Positions 1 through 12,815 of a stretch of DNA of 64,000 nucleotides are shown here, piece after piece (positions within the stretch are counted from its first letter, which is position 1; each line of letters opens with the position of its first letter). The translations under genes and the position numbers were made by a program. The DNA is taken from positions 26,166,001 to 26,230,000 of the forward strand of contig NC_087437.1 of the NCBI RefSeq assembly GCF_036321535.1, written 5' to 3'. This DNA comes from Camelus dromedarius. Taxonomy: Eukaryota. The notes beneath the pieces are model-generated. The model was not told the DNA's origin, made no database searches, and saw only the letters and a list, made by a program, of their open reading frames with translations.

Positions 1-494
1 TTTCCCACCCAGAAATTGCACTCAGGGCATCAGGCTGGGGAAGAGGGTAAATAGGACAACTTTCCCCAGCACCAAATGTGAATTTTCGTGGGGGTTGGAG
101 GGAGAGAGAGAGAGAGAATTCCCGGTAACTCTATGGAAGCCAAAATAAAACCTCTACAGATGACCATGCAGTCTCATGCCCACCGATGTTGGGGCCATAA
201 ACTTGAGAAAATGAGAGTTATGCCATCTCAGTCACCCTGAGGATCGACTAACTAACATTTAATCAGCATGAATTATCCTCATCCTCTCATCCAAAAGGTG
301 GCGTGGGAAGTTCATATGTAAAATTTAACGTATATGTTTTGCCAACCTTTCAAAACGTCTATTTTCGTGAAATGTTTTATAATGCACAAGATAACATTAG
401 GACAGTCACCTATGTATATAGTTTATAAATAGAGAAATAAACATACATACGTTGGGGCTCCATGATAGAAAAGTTTGGAGACTGCTCGTCAAGT

Positions 495-665
495 GTGCTG
501 GTCCTCAAACTTGAGAGTGCGCCAGAGTCCCCAGAAGTTGGCTGAATAAATGCAGATTCCTAGCCGTCAACCTCGTTCAGATGCAGGAAGTCAGGGAAAT
601 TCACATTTTACACTGATATCTTAGGATAACCTGAGGCAGGTGGTCCATGGACTCCACTATGAAGC
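495..665. mobile_element. MER5-like hAT-Charlie fragment
   Basis: ggtcctcaaacttgagagtgc...atgcagattcct...gcaggtggtccatggac. Confidence 0.5.
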
Positions 666-2186
666 TTGCTCTTAGAACACCTTATTTTTTTCTTTTTTTT
701 TTCTGTTTACTTACAAATAACTTTATTCTCACTCAAAAGCTATACATCTTCCTGGCAAGGGATGTGTAGGAGTGCAGATAAGATAACAAAAATGTCAATA
801 TTCTGCGTGTCCTTCTATTTCCCCCTCCTGTGATGCCCCAGTCTTTCCCCAGCCTCTCCCATTGCTCACTGGCCTGGGGGCACCTGTCACCACACCATGA
901 CGAAGCCATCTGCTGCCCTCTAATGGCAACAGGGCCCCGCAGGTCACTCAGCAGATAATTTCTAAGCAGGCAGGTTTGGCCCTCTTCCTGAAGAATCCAA
1001 TTTTTCTCTAATATCTCCCAACTGAGGAACATTTTCCAAAAGCCTCTTTAAATCGAGACATGGAAGTGCAAGCAAACAAGTCAATCAAAGAAGGTGCTGC
1101 CCCCAGGAAGGCTTGCAGTGTGAACGACAATCTCACCAACATATTCATTCATTCAACAAATATTGTAAACAGTGTACCAGGCATTGTTCAAGGTGCTAGA
1201 TACTAAACAAACAAAAATCTCTGCTCTCACAGCACTGGCAGTCTCCTGGGGGTGAGACAAGGACATCTTAACTGTTTGATGGTGGTAAGTGCTGTGGAGA
1301 AAAATGTATGTGCCCTGGGAAGAAGAGAGGAAAAAGCTCACCAAGAAAAGAAGGAAATGAACATTTATTGACCACCTTTGAATTAGTGAGTATTCTTCGT
1401 TGAGTCATGTCTCTTGATCTTCACCACTCTCTCATTTAACCAATTTACATGGGAAGAAACTGAAATTCCAAAACCGTAAGAAACTCGGCCAAGGCTGTGG
1501 TGTTAATACTTGCATGGCACTGAACTTCTTAACTGGTTATGGCAACGAAGCCCAGGGCAAGTCCATGAAGGACACCGCCCACACCTGCCCTTCCTCAACC
1601 CACACACACACCTTCTCCAGGACTTGCAGTGCTGCATGGAGTGTGCCAGATTCACTTCCCCCCTTTAACTAAAATTTCCTGTGTTCTCATTCTCTGAAAC
1701 TCCTATTTTACCCTATGCTAATTCCATAAATGGATTCTCTTTCTCGAGTGCAGGGTTTGGTGACTGTTAAATCTCCGCTAATCCCATAAATTAATTTTCT
1801 CCATTTGTAGCCTAATTAGCTACATCATCATTACCAGGTTAAGATATCTGAGGGGGAGCTTTTTCTGGAAACAGTCCTTAATCCTACTAGTGGAAATATC
1901 AGGCCCTCTAGTTAGGCAGTAATGAACATGCTTGCTGAAATGATGTTATTTATGGGGATTAGCACCGCAAAAAAAAAATATCAGTATCTCATTCTCCAGT
2001 CTAGCAATTGGATGCTCAGAAATGCTATAAGAAAAAGAGTTGTCTTTGTGTATATGACACAAATCCATCGATCTCTTGAATGTATCAAACCTGTTCAAAC
2101 ACTAAGGAAGATTATAGAATGGGAGATTTTTAGTGTTATGAGAAAGTGAGTGTTTTGTAGATAACTAGAGTAAGAAATGAGACTGA

Positions 2187-2277
2187 GGGGGTGGGTATAG
2201 TTCAGGGGTAGAGCATGTGCTTAGCATACACGAGGTCTTGGGTTCAATCCCCAGTACCTTTATTAAAAAAAAAAAAT
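2187..2277 (+). mobile_element. tRNA-Ala-derived SINE (Vic-1-like), followed by a second truncated head at 2281-2298
   Basis: gggtatagttcaggggtagagcatgtgcttagcatacacgaggtcttgggttcaatccccagtacc plus A tail; A and B boxes visible. Confidence 0.85.
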
Positions 2278-2489
2278 GAAGGGGGCAGGTAATAGCTCGT
2301 GGGGTGCACAAAAACAGTAAAAAGGAATCTAAGGTGATCTGGGTGAGAACTCACATCACCCACCATAGACAATAACACTATGAAAATATCATTCAATTTT
2401 ACTATTAATTCAAGCAATACAAACTGTAACAGGAAGATATTGTCTACCTATCATATTTGCAAAGATTTAAAAGTTACTCAAAAGTTCTT

Positions 2490-2640
2490 ACCATACACAC
2501 AGAAAAATTTTGCAGCCATGTGAGGTGATGCATGGTAATCATTTTGTAATATGTACGTGTATGAAATCACTACATTGTGTACCTTAAAAACTTAACACAA
2601 TGTCAATTATATCTCAATAAAGCTGGGGAAAAAACAGAAA
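2490..2640 (+). mobile_element. L1 3' end fragment
   Basis: aatcactacattgtgtaccttaaaaacttaacacaatgtcaattatatctcaataaagctgggg plus A tail. Confidence 0.7.
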
Positions 2641-4080
2641 AAGAAACTAATTTGTATTGTATATTATTGATAGAAATAAAAAATATATTTTTCATTCAGT
2701 TTTTATACTTTGTTTATATATTCCACTTATCTTCCAGAATATTTTATGGAATGTGTAGCGAGGGGGTAAAAAACACAAAAGATGTTAATGTTTACACAAA
2801 TCAAATTTAACTTCTTTTTTTTTTAAGACTGCATGTTTGTAGTAAAGCTTTTCAATCTTAAAGAAAAAAAGTTAGGCAATAGCCAGGTCTAGGTTGGCAA
2901 TGGTGAAACGGGCCTTTGCATATCTTGTTCCTGGAAGTATAAATTGATACAGTCCTTTTTTCAAACATATTTGACAGAATCCACCAAAACTTGAGATCAC
3001 GTATCTTTTGATATAGTGATTCCTTTCCTAGGAATTTCTCCTCTAGCCATACTCACACAAGAACAGATGGTTTAGTGCAGCACTACTGGTAAAGGCAAAA
3101 ACTGAAAAACGACCAACTGGATACCAACGGGGGACATCCATGCAAAAGGAAGCTACCTGTTAAAAATAATGAAATATACAACTACAGGTACTGGCATAGA
3201 AAGATGATCATGAGATTGGAATGTATTTCTTGCTTAATATAAGACCTTATGCAACTTACTTTACCTCTCTAAACCTCAAGTTCTTCATCTGTGAAGTGAG
3301 GATAAAATATTGAAATAATAGGGTGGCTGTGCAGATTAGATCCTATACATCAAGTGTTTTGCATAGTGTTTGGCATTTAGTCAACGCTCAATATATATTA
3401 GTGAAATCATTGTGATTGTTCAGAGATAAAAATGAAAGCTTCAAAACAGCAGGTAGAATTACTTTCCTTTTGTTAAAAAAAAGTCCAGCTTATACTACAG
3501 AGAAAATAAACACTCAGATATATTTCTTCAAGTGTGAGACTTGAAAGATAGAGAATTATCACTTTTTACTTTATACTTGTTGGTATTTACATTTTCAGCA
3601 ATCAGCCCATGTTACCTTCAAAGTGATGATGAAATATATTTTTTTAAAAGGTACATGAGACTTGGACTCTGGACTGTTGGTAAGTTGTTTCTACCAGAAT
3701 CTCTACTTTCCATCGTTTGGCTGAACGCTTCTGCTTAAAAACACTGTCCTACTCAGGGTGCTTTCACCATGTGCCTCTGTGGAATGGTCAAAGGTATCAC
3801 CACAGCGAGCATCAAGCGACTCAGCAGAGAAAACACACCGTCACAAGCCCACACTCTGAATGAATGATGAGCTGTTTTTAGTTTTGACAAGAAGCCACAG
3901 AATATTGTTAATAACTGAGGAACAACAAGAATCCTGTAGTTCTGATGTCTCAGTCAGATATGTGAGGGTGTTGGAAGGACCAAGTGATTTAAAAAAAAGA
4001 AAAAGAATACATTTTTTAAAGTCTCAGTGAGCTACTTCAAATAAAGTAGAAATCAGCATTCTGTGGATATTCAGAATATT

Positions 4081-4195
4081 TGTTGTTGTTGTTCTTCGAG
4101 GGGCAAGGGGTGATTGACTGATTTTAATGAAAGTGCACCCAGGACCTCGTGCATGCTTAAGTATGCGCTCTACCACTGAGCCATACCCTCCCCCC
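4081..4195 (-). mobile_element. Vic-1-like SINE with internal deletion
   Basis: tRNA-Ala-like head on the minus strand; TSD-like GATATTCAGAATATT (4066-4080) / GATATTTAAAATATT (4198-4212). Confidence 0.85.
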
Positions 4196-4381
4196 TTGAT
4201 ATTTAAAATATTGAAGGTCAGGCATTTGAGCCAAAAATACATTTGCCTACAAAACTTACTTTCTTTCATTGTCTGCCAGGAGGGTTACATAAGCCTTTCT
4301 TCAGCACCACCCAAGCCCTCAATAAAAGGAACACACTCAAATAATAACAAGATGAAGGCTCCAAGTGGAAATTCAATTGTA

Positions 4382-4387
4382 TTTATT
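4382..4387 (-). terminator. Distal polyadenylation signal AATAAA of WWTR1
   Basis: Minus strand ctgtataagaaaaAATAAAtacaattgaattcc, with upstream TGTA and downstream ttgttattatttgagtgtgttcctttt. Confidence 0.7.
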
Positions 4388-7300
4388 TTTTCTTATACAG
4401 AATCAGAGAAGTAAAAATCAGTACCAAACTCCAGGTAAAATAGTTTGATCTGATTGATTTTTCTGCATACTTTCTGTATGCATAGAAATCTACATTAAAA
4501 ATAAACACACATATGTCATATTACAAAATGTAGAAATAATTTTTTAAAAAGTTAAAGTACTAACACATAAATGATGTAGTGTGTTAGGGAAACGGTCTCT
4601 GTCAATCGCCCATTTTCCCAATTAAATTAATGTACAATTTCCTTTTAACTGCTTTTATTTTTCTTAAAAGTTGCACTTTCAGAAGTTACTTTCCAATTAT
4701 GTCATGAGAACACAACTTGTCATTAGCGAAACTCACGCTCCAGATTGCCTTCTTCTACAGAGAACTTTTCTCCCTTGATGGGGTCGTTAGCACCCCCAAC
4801 AAACGAAAGGTTTTACTGTTTTACGTGCTCCTCCTATATCGTATAGTCGACGAAAGAAATGGCATTTCACATCCTAAATGCTATGGTGAAACACTAACAA
4901 TTACTTAGATTTAACAGAATTGCAAATAGGTTTTGACAGTGTATCTACTTCAAGAAAATATGTTTTATCAGGGGAAAAAAATACCTTGAAAGAAAGATCT
5001 ATGAAATTATTTTCAATTTCAATTTTTAATATGCCTTTTTCCTGGCAAAATTATTGGATGAAATGTTGAAATTTATGGATTAATTTAAGACTAAAAAGAC
5101 AAGATATTCTCGCAGTTGTTTTAAAATAAGAAATATAGTATAAATAGCACCTTATCATGAATTCTACAGGGGTTTTAACCCTTAAAATAATAGGAAATAT
5201 CCTTTAAAAGTTGTTCTTTATATTTCTAGCTTTAGTGTTCTTTAACAAAGGCGGTATTTTATGGCCTTAAAGACAACAACAAAAATTATATCTGGCTTCA
5301 TTTATTAGTAAACATGTATTCTGGGTCCATATTTAATTCTGGAAAAATACTTGTTATGTTCATTAATAAATGTTCCAACTAATTTCACTAAAAAAATTTT
5401 TCTAGTGTTTTCTAATGCCACAAGCTTACTAGGAAATTTCTTCTAAAAATTGATAATACAAATCATCGATGTTTTAACTACCTAAAAAAAGAAGAGGGGT
5501 ATCTGTTTCTTTTATGTTTAATAACCTGAAAATGAGTCTACAAAAATATTTTTTAAAAATACAGTAACACTGCTCAGTTTTATTAGGTCCCTTGTTTTTG
5601 GTTGTTTTTTGTTTTTGTTTTTTTTTTTGTTTTTTGTTTTTTGCTTTTTCTTAGAAAGAATGTACAATGCTTTTTGCAATGATTGCTAACACAAGAGAAA
5701 AAGAAATAGTGCTCCCTTCAATTTAGTAGCAACAGAAACATCTACCCCCATCCCTCTCAGAGCATTTTGAGTGAGAGAAGGAATCAGAGGAACAGAAACT
5801 ATGGGTCCTTTGGGGGGAAAAAAATCACTTCATTGTGTTGGAAGCAACGGTAGGTTTATGCCTTTGTCTGTCTATATACTCAGCATCAGCGGGGACAGGG
5901 CACTAGCATCCCCGCCCCTCCTTTTCCCACATAAAGTGCACTGAAGCCGTCTTTTCTTATATAGCTGTCTTTTGGTACAAAGGTTGTAGGAGAAAACTGC
6001 TGCTTTGTTCTTTCGGGGCACCTCTCATACCTCCTGCTCGTCTTGCTCGTCTTGCACGGGGTCCTATAGCTTGTCTACTTCCATTTCACACCTAGTATCC
6101 TTTCCACTATATTCCATAACTTGACTACTTCATCTCTGACCTTGTCACTTGCCTTCTTTCCAACAAGATAAGATGTATTCTGCTCGTCTATAATCTGGTA
6201 GATCGAAAGGGATCTTTAATTAAAGATCCCCAGCAAATAAGCCCCTTGGGAATTAAAAGGTTCCTCTCAGAGACCTGCATTATGAATGTCTTTCAAAAGA
6301 AAAAAGATATTAAATTCATAGATTATAAATAATGTCAGTTCACAATATTAAACAGTTGAGGACTTCATTGGCAATGCAGGCAGAGTGCATGTCAGGTGGA
6401 CCTGACGCTCTCTCTCAGTCCTTAGGAGCTAATAAAAAACGTTTTTGGTTACATAAGAGGTACTGAGTACATATTACATGCCTTTTTATACCAACTGTAG
6501 CAAACAGGGTTAGGATAATATACTTAGGAATCAACTTTACTGACTTCAGAAACATGTCTCCACCATCCACCCTCAGGGGGCGTTATTTTACACGTCAGTC
6601 AGAGATCCGCTTCATCCTTCAGTTTCATAGATAACAGTGTTTTTCAACACTTGAAAATCTTGAAAGAAGCAAAACCAACGAGGCTTCAGAATTTAAAAAG
6701 CAACAGCTTCCTTTGTATGCTAGCAGGTTGAAAGCTACGTTGTCCCGATGTTTTCAGGACAGTTTCCAAAGCCCAAAATACAGTTGCCACTGATGCATCA
6801 AAAACATCTGGTTGCCCTTTGTCATCAGCTACAAAATGATAGCGCTTTATAAAATAGACGTCAAGTTCTAAGCTGCAACTGAAAAAAAAAAAATCCAACT
6901 TGTAATTTTAAAAACTTTTGTTTAATAAATGTTCATAATTGGTGCCAAACTGGTCTCTTTCATAAGATCTTAGTGGAGGAACTGTGACTCATGCTGCTGT
7001 TCCTCTCCTGCTGGAAGGACTGGCTGTCTAGATGCTGCTGTGCAGTAAAATGATGAAGGATAAACTGCAATAGGGCTGTGTGTGCCTTTGTGAATACAGA
7101 GTAATAAGAACCATCAGAACCAGCATGGATTCAAAACTACATTGTATTCCATACAGCAGAATTTTACTATCCATACAATGATTTTTTTTAAAGCTCAAGT
7201 TAAATATTTTTTAAAGCATTTGGTACTAATGTTATCAATACAGTTTTTGAAACTGTAAATCAGGTAGAATTTTGTGTACATTTCCTGGACCGAGCCGCCT

Positions 7301-7499
7301 GTCAGAAGTCACTGCCTGTGGTCAGCTTTTCATGGTTTATAATCAATTGATGTAGGAATTTCAACAAACACCCATAAAGCTTAGTCATGGGGCAGCAGAG
7401 AGAAAAGCGGAGCAGCAATTCTGCATAATCAATTCTGCAGAAATGATTCTGCATAACCCATCACAGGAATGCAGGCGTGCAGAAAATGAAAATAGAATG

Positions 7500-7505
7500 T
7501 TTATT
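7500..7505 (-). terminator. Candidate proximal polyadenylation signal AATAAA
   Basis: Minus strand aaacataAATAAAcattctattttcattttctg, about 190 nt after the stop codon. Confidence 0.5.
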
Positions 7506-7692
7506 TATGTTTAAGTTAAGTTACTGCCAATCAAATCCAGGCAATGATTAAACTGGCCACAAGGAAAGGAGGGAGCATGCGTCATGGAGGCAGAAAGCGG
7601 CACACCTGCAGACATGCTCTGCTCCATCGCTTTTTCCAAGAGGCCCAGGAAATGCCAGGTCCTGGCTGCACCCAAGCTACAATGGTTATCGG

Positions 7693-7877
7693 TTACAGCC
7701 AGGTTAGAAAGGGCTCGCTTTTGTTCAGAGCAGACTCTACATCATTGAAGAGGGGGATCAGATCTTCAGATTCCAAAGTTCCGAGGTCAACATTTGTTCC
7801 TGGAAGACAGTCAAGAAAATCAGGGAAACGGGTCTGTTGAGGGTTGATGTTCATGGGAGTCTGTCCTGCGTTTTCTC
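7693..7877 (-). CDS. WWTR1: WWTR1/TAZ terminal coding exon 7 (end of transactivation domain, PDZ-binding motif LTWL), 185 bp including TAA
   Basis: Acceptor cattctgttacag|GA GAA AAC; ENAGQTPMNINPQQTRFPDFLDCLPGTNVDLGTLESEDLIPLFNDVESALNKSEPFLTWL*; stop at 7693-7695. Confidence 0.98.
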
Positions 7878-8416
7878 CTGTAACAGAATGAAATGAAACC
7901 ATTTTAATTCCTTTTTCTAAGCTCTTGAAACTGGGACAAATTCAACTGTCAACGTAATTCTCATCTTCATTTCGGCTGTTGTCTACATTCAAACAGAAGA
8001 TTTTATTGCTGCAGGTCGAAAATACTTCATCTCTGTGCACAATTTCAGCTACCACATTATTGATACTGAGTTGATGATGCTCACTCGTAAGAGATACAGA
8101 GATGCCAGGTGAATCTTGAATTGTTCTGGGTTGACACGGTCTGGGACAGGTGGTCCAGGGAGATAGGAAAGGAGCAAGTGAAGGCACTGTGGATTTGACC
8201 TCCAATCGACGCCTTCTCATGAATGGCACAAAGAACTGGTTTGTGAAAGGGTAGAAAGGCTCTGCCTGTAATAACCTTGTTACGGAGCTACAATCCAACA
8301 ATTTAATTGTAAGCTTGAATTTGCCCCATCATCCCTCTTAATGCTCAAAAACAGTAGGAGTGTGGATAGACAGGAGGAGTTTCTTTTCACCATGTTATTA
8401 AAACAACTATCTCGCA

Positions 8417-8520
8417 GGGGAGGGTATATCTCAGTGGTAGAGTTCTTGCCCAGCATGCACAAGGTCCGAGGTTCAATCCCAGCACCTCCATTAAAAATAA
8501 ATTAATTAAATTAAATTTTA
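8417..8520 (+). mobile_element. Vic-1-like SINE
   Basis: ggggagggtatatctcagtggtagag...gttcaatcccagcacctccattaaaaataa. Confidence 0.85.
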
Positions 8521-10027
8521 AAAAAGCTACCTTCATCGACAGCTCTAGGGATCATTTTCAAAGTATTTTAGAAGGTGGGTTCTGCAGACTGCCCCCCTCA
8601 CTCCATGCACACATACACCCCACGACTATATATCTTTCTTCCTCACAAAGCATGAGTCACCACGCATGGGAGCATATTAAGGTTCTGAGAAGTCTTGTAG
8701 TAAGGAACTCTGTTTTATTTTGCTTAAGCCAGTATTACCTAAATCCATTTTATCATCAAATCCAATTTTGGCAGAATTTATATCCTAATCGAACTAGAGT
8801 CTGCAGGACATAATTGAGACAATGCCGTTCCAGAGTAAAGTGTCTGGGATGTGACATGAAGAATACATATTCTCTATAAATAATGTAAAGGAGAAAACGT
8901 ATTGACCGTTGTGTCAGGAGACGGAGCTTCTTAACCGTGTGACCTCAGACACACCTCACGTGTCTGAAATTGGGGTGATAGTACCTTCTTTACATTCTGG
9001 AGTTAAGTGCTGTATAAGATCTGCCACACATATGTGGCTCTGGGCTTCATTCATACATACGCACACATACAAATACAAAAACACAACAAATTTTGTTGAT
9101 TGTGCTGAGAGAAAGAAAAACTTGGGAACAACTGGTTCATTCCAATATCCTAGTCAATTATCTGAAGGGATAAAATATACCTCAAAGTCTGAGGAGCACT
9201 GATAACGATGACCAGCTTCCACCATAGAATGAATTTGAAGAAACTTGTTCAATTAGCTTTTGGGTCCTACAAGTACAATAGCCTTCTGGAGAAATGTGCA
9301 TAGAAATTTCACTATTCTGAGCAAAACCTGAGAAAATTCATTTTAACCATATGCATTTTCCAAGGAGAAAAGCTGCATCTTTCTGAGTGATGAGGGAAAC
9401 ATAATCAAACTTGCATTTGGATGACACCAAAACTCCATGGCTTTTCTCTAACTCATAAAATGTCAATGACTCTTGGAAATGTTTTATAGGATTTTCATTG
9501 CAAAAGGCAGTAGTCTGAAAAATTAAATCAAGTTCAACATGACTTTGATGTTGTATCACTGACATTGAAAAACAACATCAATTGAGAAAAGAAAATCCAA
9601 AATAACTTTTTTCTACCCACTAGAGTGTAACAGATGAAAAAGAGGCTTAAAAAAATTATCTACCCTGAAAAATTATCTGATCTAAAGTGCTGGATGTCTT
9701 TTCTTCATCTCCAGTTAGAATTATTCATCTCTACTCATCTCTCATTTTAACTTTTCAGTAAGTCAAGAATACACTTATTAACCAAATCAAACCTCTCTGT
9801 TGTAAAGAATTCCTCTTATCCTTTCTCCTCAGACATAGAAAGCATAAAGAGACTAAAGGTTCTTCACTAAGGTTAAAGTTTTTTAAATGTCTCTCTTTGG
9901 AGCAACTTTCCAACCTCATAGTTATCTTTTCGGTCTTTGCAGTTTTATCCATTTAAAAAATGGGACATAAAATACTTTAATAAAATAAAATTAAATAAAA
10001 TTTGAGAATTTAAAAAAGTTGAACATA

Positions 10028-10165
10028 TTATACAACATGGGGAATATAGCCCATATTTTACAATAACTATAAATGGAGTATAAACTTTGATAATTGTGAA
10101 CCACTGTATTGTACATATGTAACATATATAATATTGTACAGCAACTATACTTCGATTAAAAAACT
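10028..10165 (+). mobile_element. L1 3' end fragment
   Basis: tacaacatggggaatatagcc...aatattgtacagcaactatacttcgattaaaaa. Confidence 0.7.
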
Positions 10166-10904
10166 AAAGGAGGCATATTTGCATCAACAATAATAATAAT
10201 TAATCAATCAACAAAAAGTGGGACAGACCAAAAAACGGGCAATTCTGAAAGGATGTGATCAACAGAGAATATTCTGAAAAGATGGGTGACTTCCCAGCCT
10301 TTGCTCTTGTTATTCCCTCCACTCTCTCCTCACACCACATCCAGCTGTTGTTTCCAGGTGTGTTCTGCAAAGGGAGTGCTCAGCTGGCTTCTTCCCATTC
10401 AGCTTCTGGTTGGTGTGTGGTCAGTGGGTCTACTAGACCTTTTCTAGCCACACCTGAGCTCTGGGCAGCTTTTCCTCATCTTGTTACTAAGTAATTAATT
10501 ACATTTCTCCCCTGAGAGTGTTTATCCCCACTTCCTATAAGACTTCACAGATGTGACCCTAAACTCAACGGGCCAACACTCACATAACCTGGAACCCTAC
10601 CTAACATTTAACAAGTCCAACTTGTACATGACTTCAGCCTTCTTAGGAGGAGAGGAGAACTCTGTGCCAAGCGCTAGCCTCATGAACCCTCACAATTCTA
10701 TGAAGTGAGCACATTACTCCCACTTTATGGGTGAGAAATCTGGAGGTTACATCACTTCCCCAAACTCACTGCCAAGAAGCAGAGAAACAAAGATTAATCA
10801 TGTTGCTTGTCTGCAAAAACTATGTTCTTCTTTTGAGGACACAACTTAATTCTACATTTTGGCTTCAAAACAATCCTTATTTATCTATTCAACATCATTT
10901 AAAA

Positions 10905-11350
10905 AAGCCATTAAGTGTGCACCAACAGATGAATGGATAAAGATGTGATACACACACACACACACACACACACACATTCACAATGGAAAGCTTTTACTCA
11001 GCAATTAAAAAGAATGAAATTTTGCCATTGGCAGCAATGTGGATGGACTTTGGAGGGTATTATGCTAAGAAAAATAAGCCAGATAGAGAAAAACAAATAC
11101 TGTCTGCTATCACTTACATGTGGAATCTATAAAAACACAACAAACTGGTGAATAAAACAAGAAAGAAGCAGACTCACAGATACTGAGCACAAACTAGTGG
11201 CTACCAGTGGGGGAGGGGTGGGGGAGTAATAGGGGTGGGGGTTTTTTACAAACGGGTTATTATGGAGATTATATAAAATCACATGTGTGAAACTTTTGAA
11301 AACTGCAAAGCAATTTAAAGAATCTTTCATTCTATAAAAATATAAAAAAC
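10905..11350 (+). mobile_element. 5'-truncated L1 (ORF2 end/3' UTR) with internal (CA)13
   Basis: acagatgaatggataaag, gcaatgtggatggacttggagggtattatgctaag, atcacttacatgtggaatcta motifs; A-rich tail. Confidence 0.8.
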
Positions 11351-12602
11351 TCTAAAAGTCATAGAAAAGAATCCATCTTTATTTTTCGATGTCAAGCTTA
11401 GATTTAGATAAGCTCTTGAGTCTTTTCTTATTTAAGGTTGCTTTTTAGCTTTACTGGCGTCCCAGTGTTTAAAAGGTGAAAAGCAAACAGTTATTAAACA
11501 TAGGAAGGAGCCACTTCATAAGGCTGTTCCAAAGAGGGCAAAATAAATCTTACACTGAAAACGAAAGAAGGACATGGAGAAATAGAGGGAGGAAGGCAGA
11601 GAAGGAGGGAGGCGGGCAGGGAGGAAGAAGGCTGAAGTAATAAACTGAAGAATAACAAAACAAACAGTTCAAACCATTCCTGGGTGACTCCTCACAAGAC
11701 AGTCTGTGCAGTTCTCTAAACATGGAGATGATGGCCCACACTGAGGGCCTGAACAGCTGCTCCAGCGCCCCGACCGAGCTGGGCTCCTGTCTGACTAGTC
11801 ATTTAGACTCAGAGCACGAGGAACACCCAGGAGCAGAGTGTCACAAACACGGACACCCTGACCACAGCACTCGGGAAAGCGGTCACTGTCACCACAGGAC
11901 AGCTTTCTACCAACAGTGATGACGGGGGAGAAACTTGCATGAATAATTCCAAAGAGTGGACACGTCAGCTCTTTAAATTTAATTTTTGCTCTAGAATATC
12001 TTCTGGGAGTTTAGGACTTTGATAATTTAGTCTAGGTTTGGCCAATAAGACCACATTTGGAGGCCTCACTCCTGGAGAAAAGGAGGTAACCGGAAGCCAG
12101 ATGAGGCCTGGCCTGAAGGTAGGGCAGCCAGGGACTAGGTCGCATTTCACTGCTGGGGGCGGACATTGTTATCTTGTGAGGACTTGGAGCCGACAATTTT
12201 GAATCCTCTGAGTTGCTTAACTTTCCAAATACCCACCGCCGACTGCTTCCCAAATGCAGCGAATAACATGAAAAAATTTGCATCCTAGTGGCCCAGCCCT
12301 TACAACCAAAAGCTGGAAAAGCATAAATATTCTGTTGTGGAAGAATGGCAAAGCAGACAGTGGTATGTTAATGCAATAGTGAGGAAAGGGCTACAGGAAC
12401 AAGTTGGGAAAAAAAAAACCAGTAAAGAAAAAAAAGCAGAAGTTAAAATCCTGTGTCCATATATAAAACTGTATTTGTGTAAACTACAGGGAAGGGTTAG
12501 GATTTATTAATAGCGTCTAGGTTCAGGTGGCTTTTCAGCTGTCATTTTACGTTGCTGTTGAGGTTAAGTGTTTCTGGTTGGCTTTCAGAACTGAGATGAC
12601 TA

Positions 12603-12815
<213 letters not shown>

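Larger units (their letters stand above)
4360..7692 (-). other. WWTR1: WWTR1 3' UTR (about 3.3 kb; 3' end approximate)
   Basis: AT-rich segment with no recognisable TEs after the stop, ending at AATAAA (4387-4382) followed by a GU/U-rich element; SINE-containing sequence resumes at 4195. Confidence 0.75.

Noticed and set aside
6570..6585. Additional CTCF-like sites (6570-6585, ~48919, ~62104)
   Set aside because: Mismatches at informative core positions; too weak to call without ChIP data.
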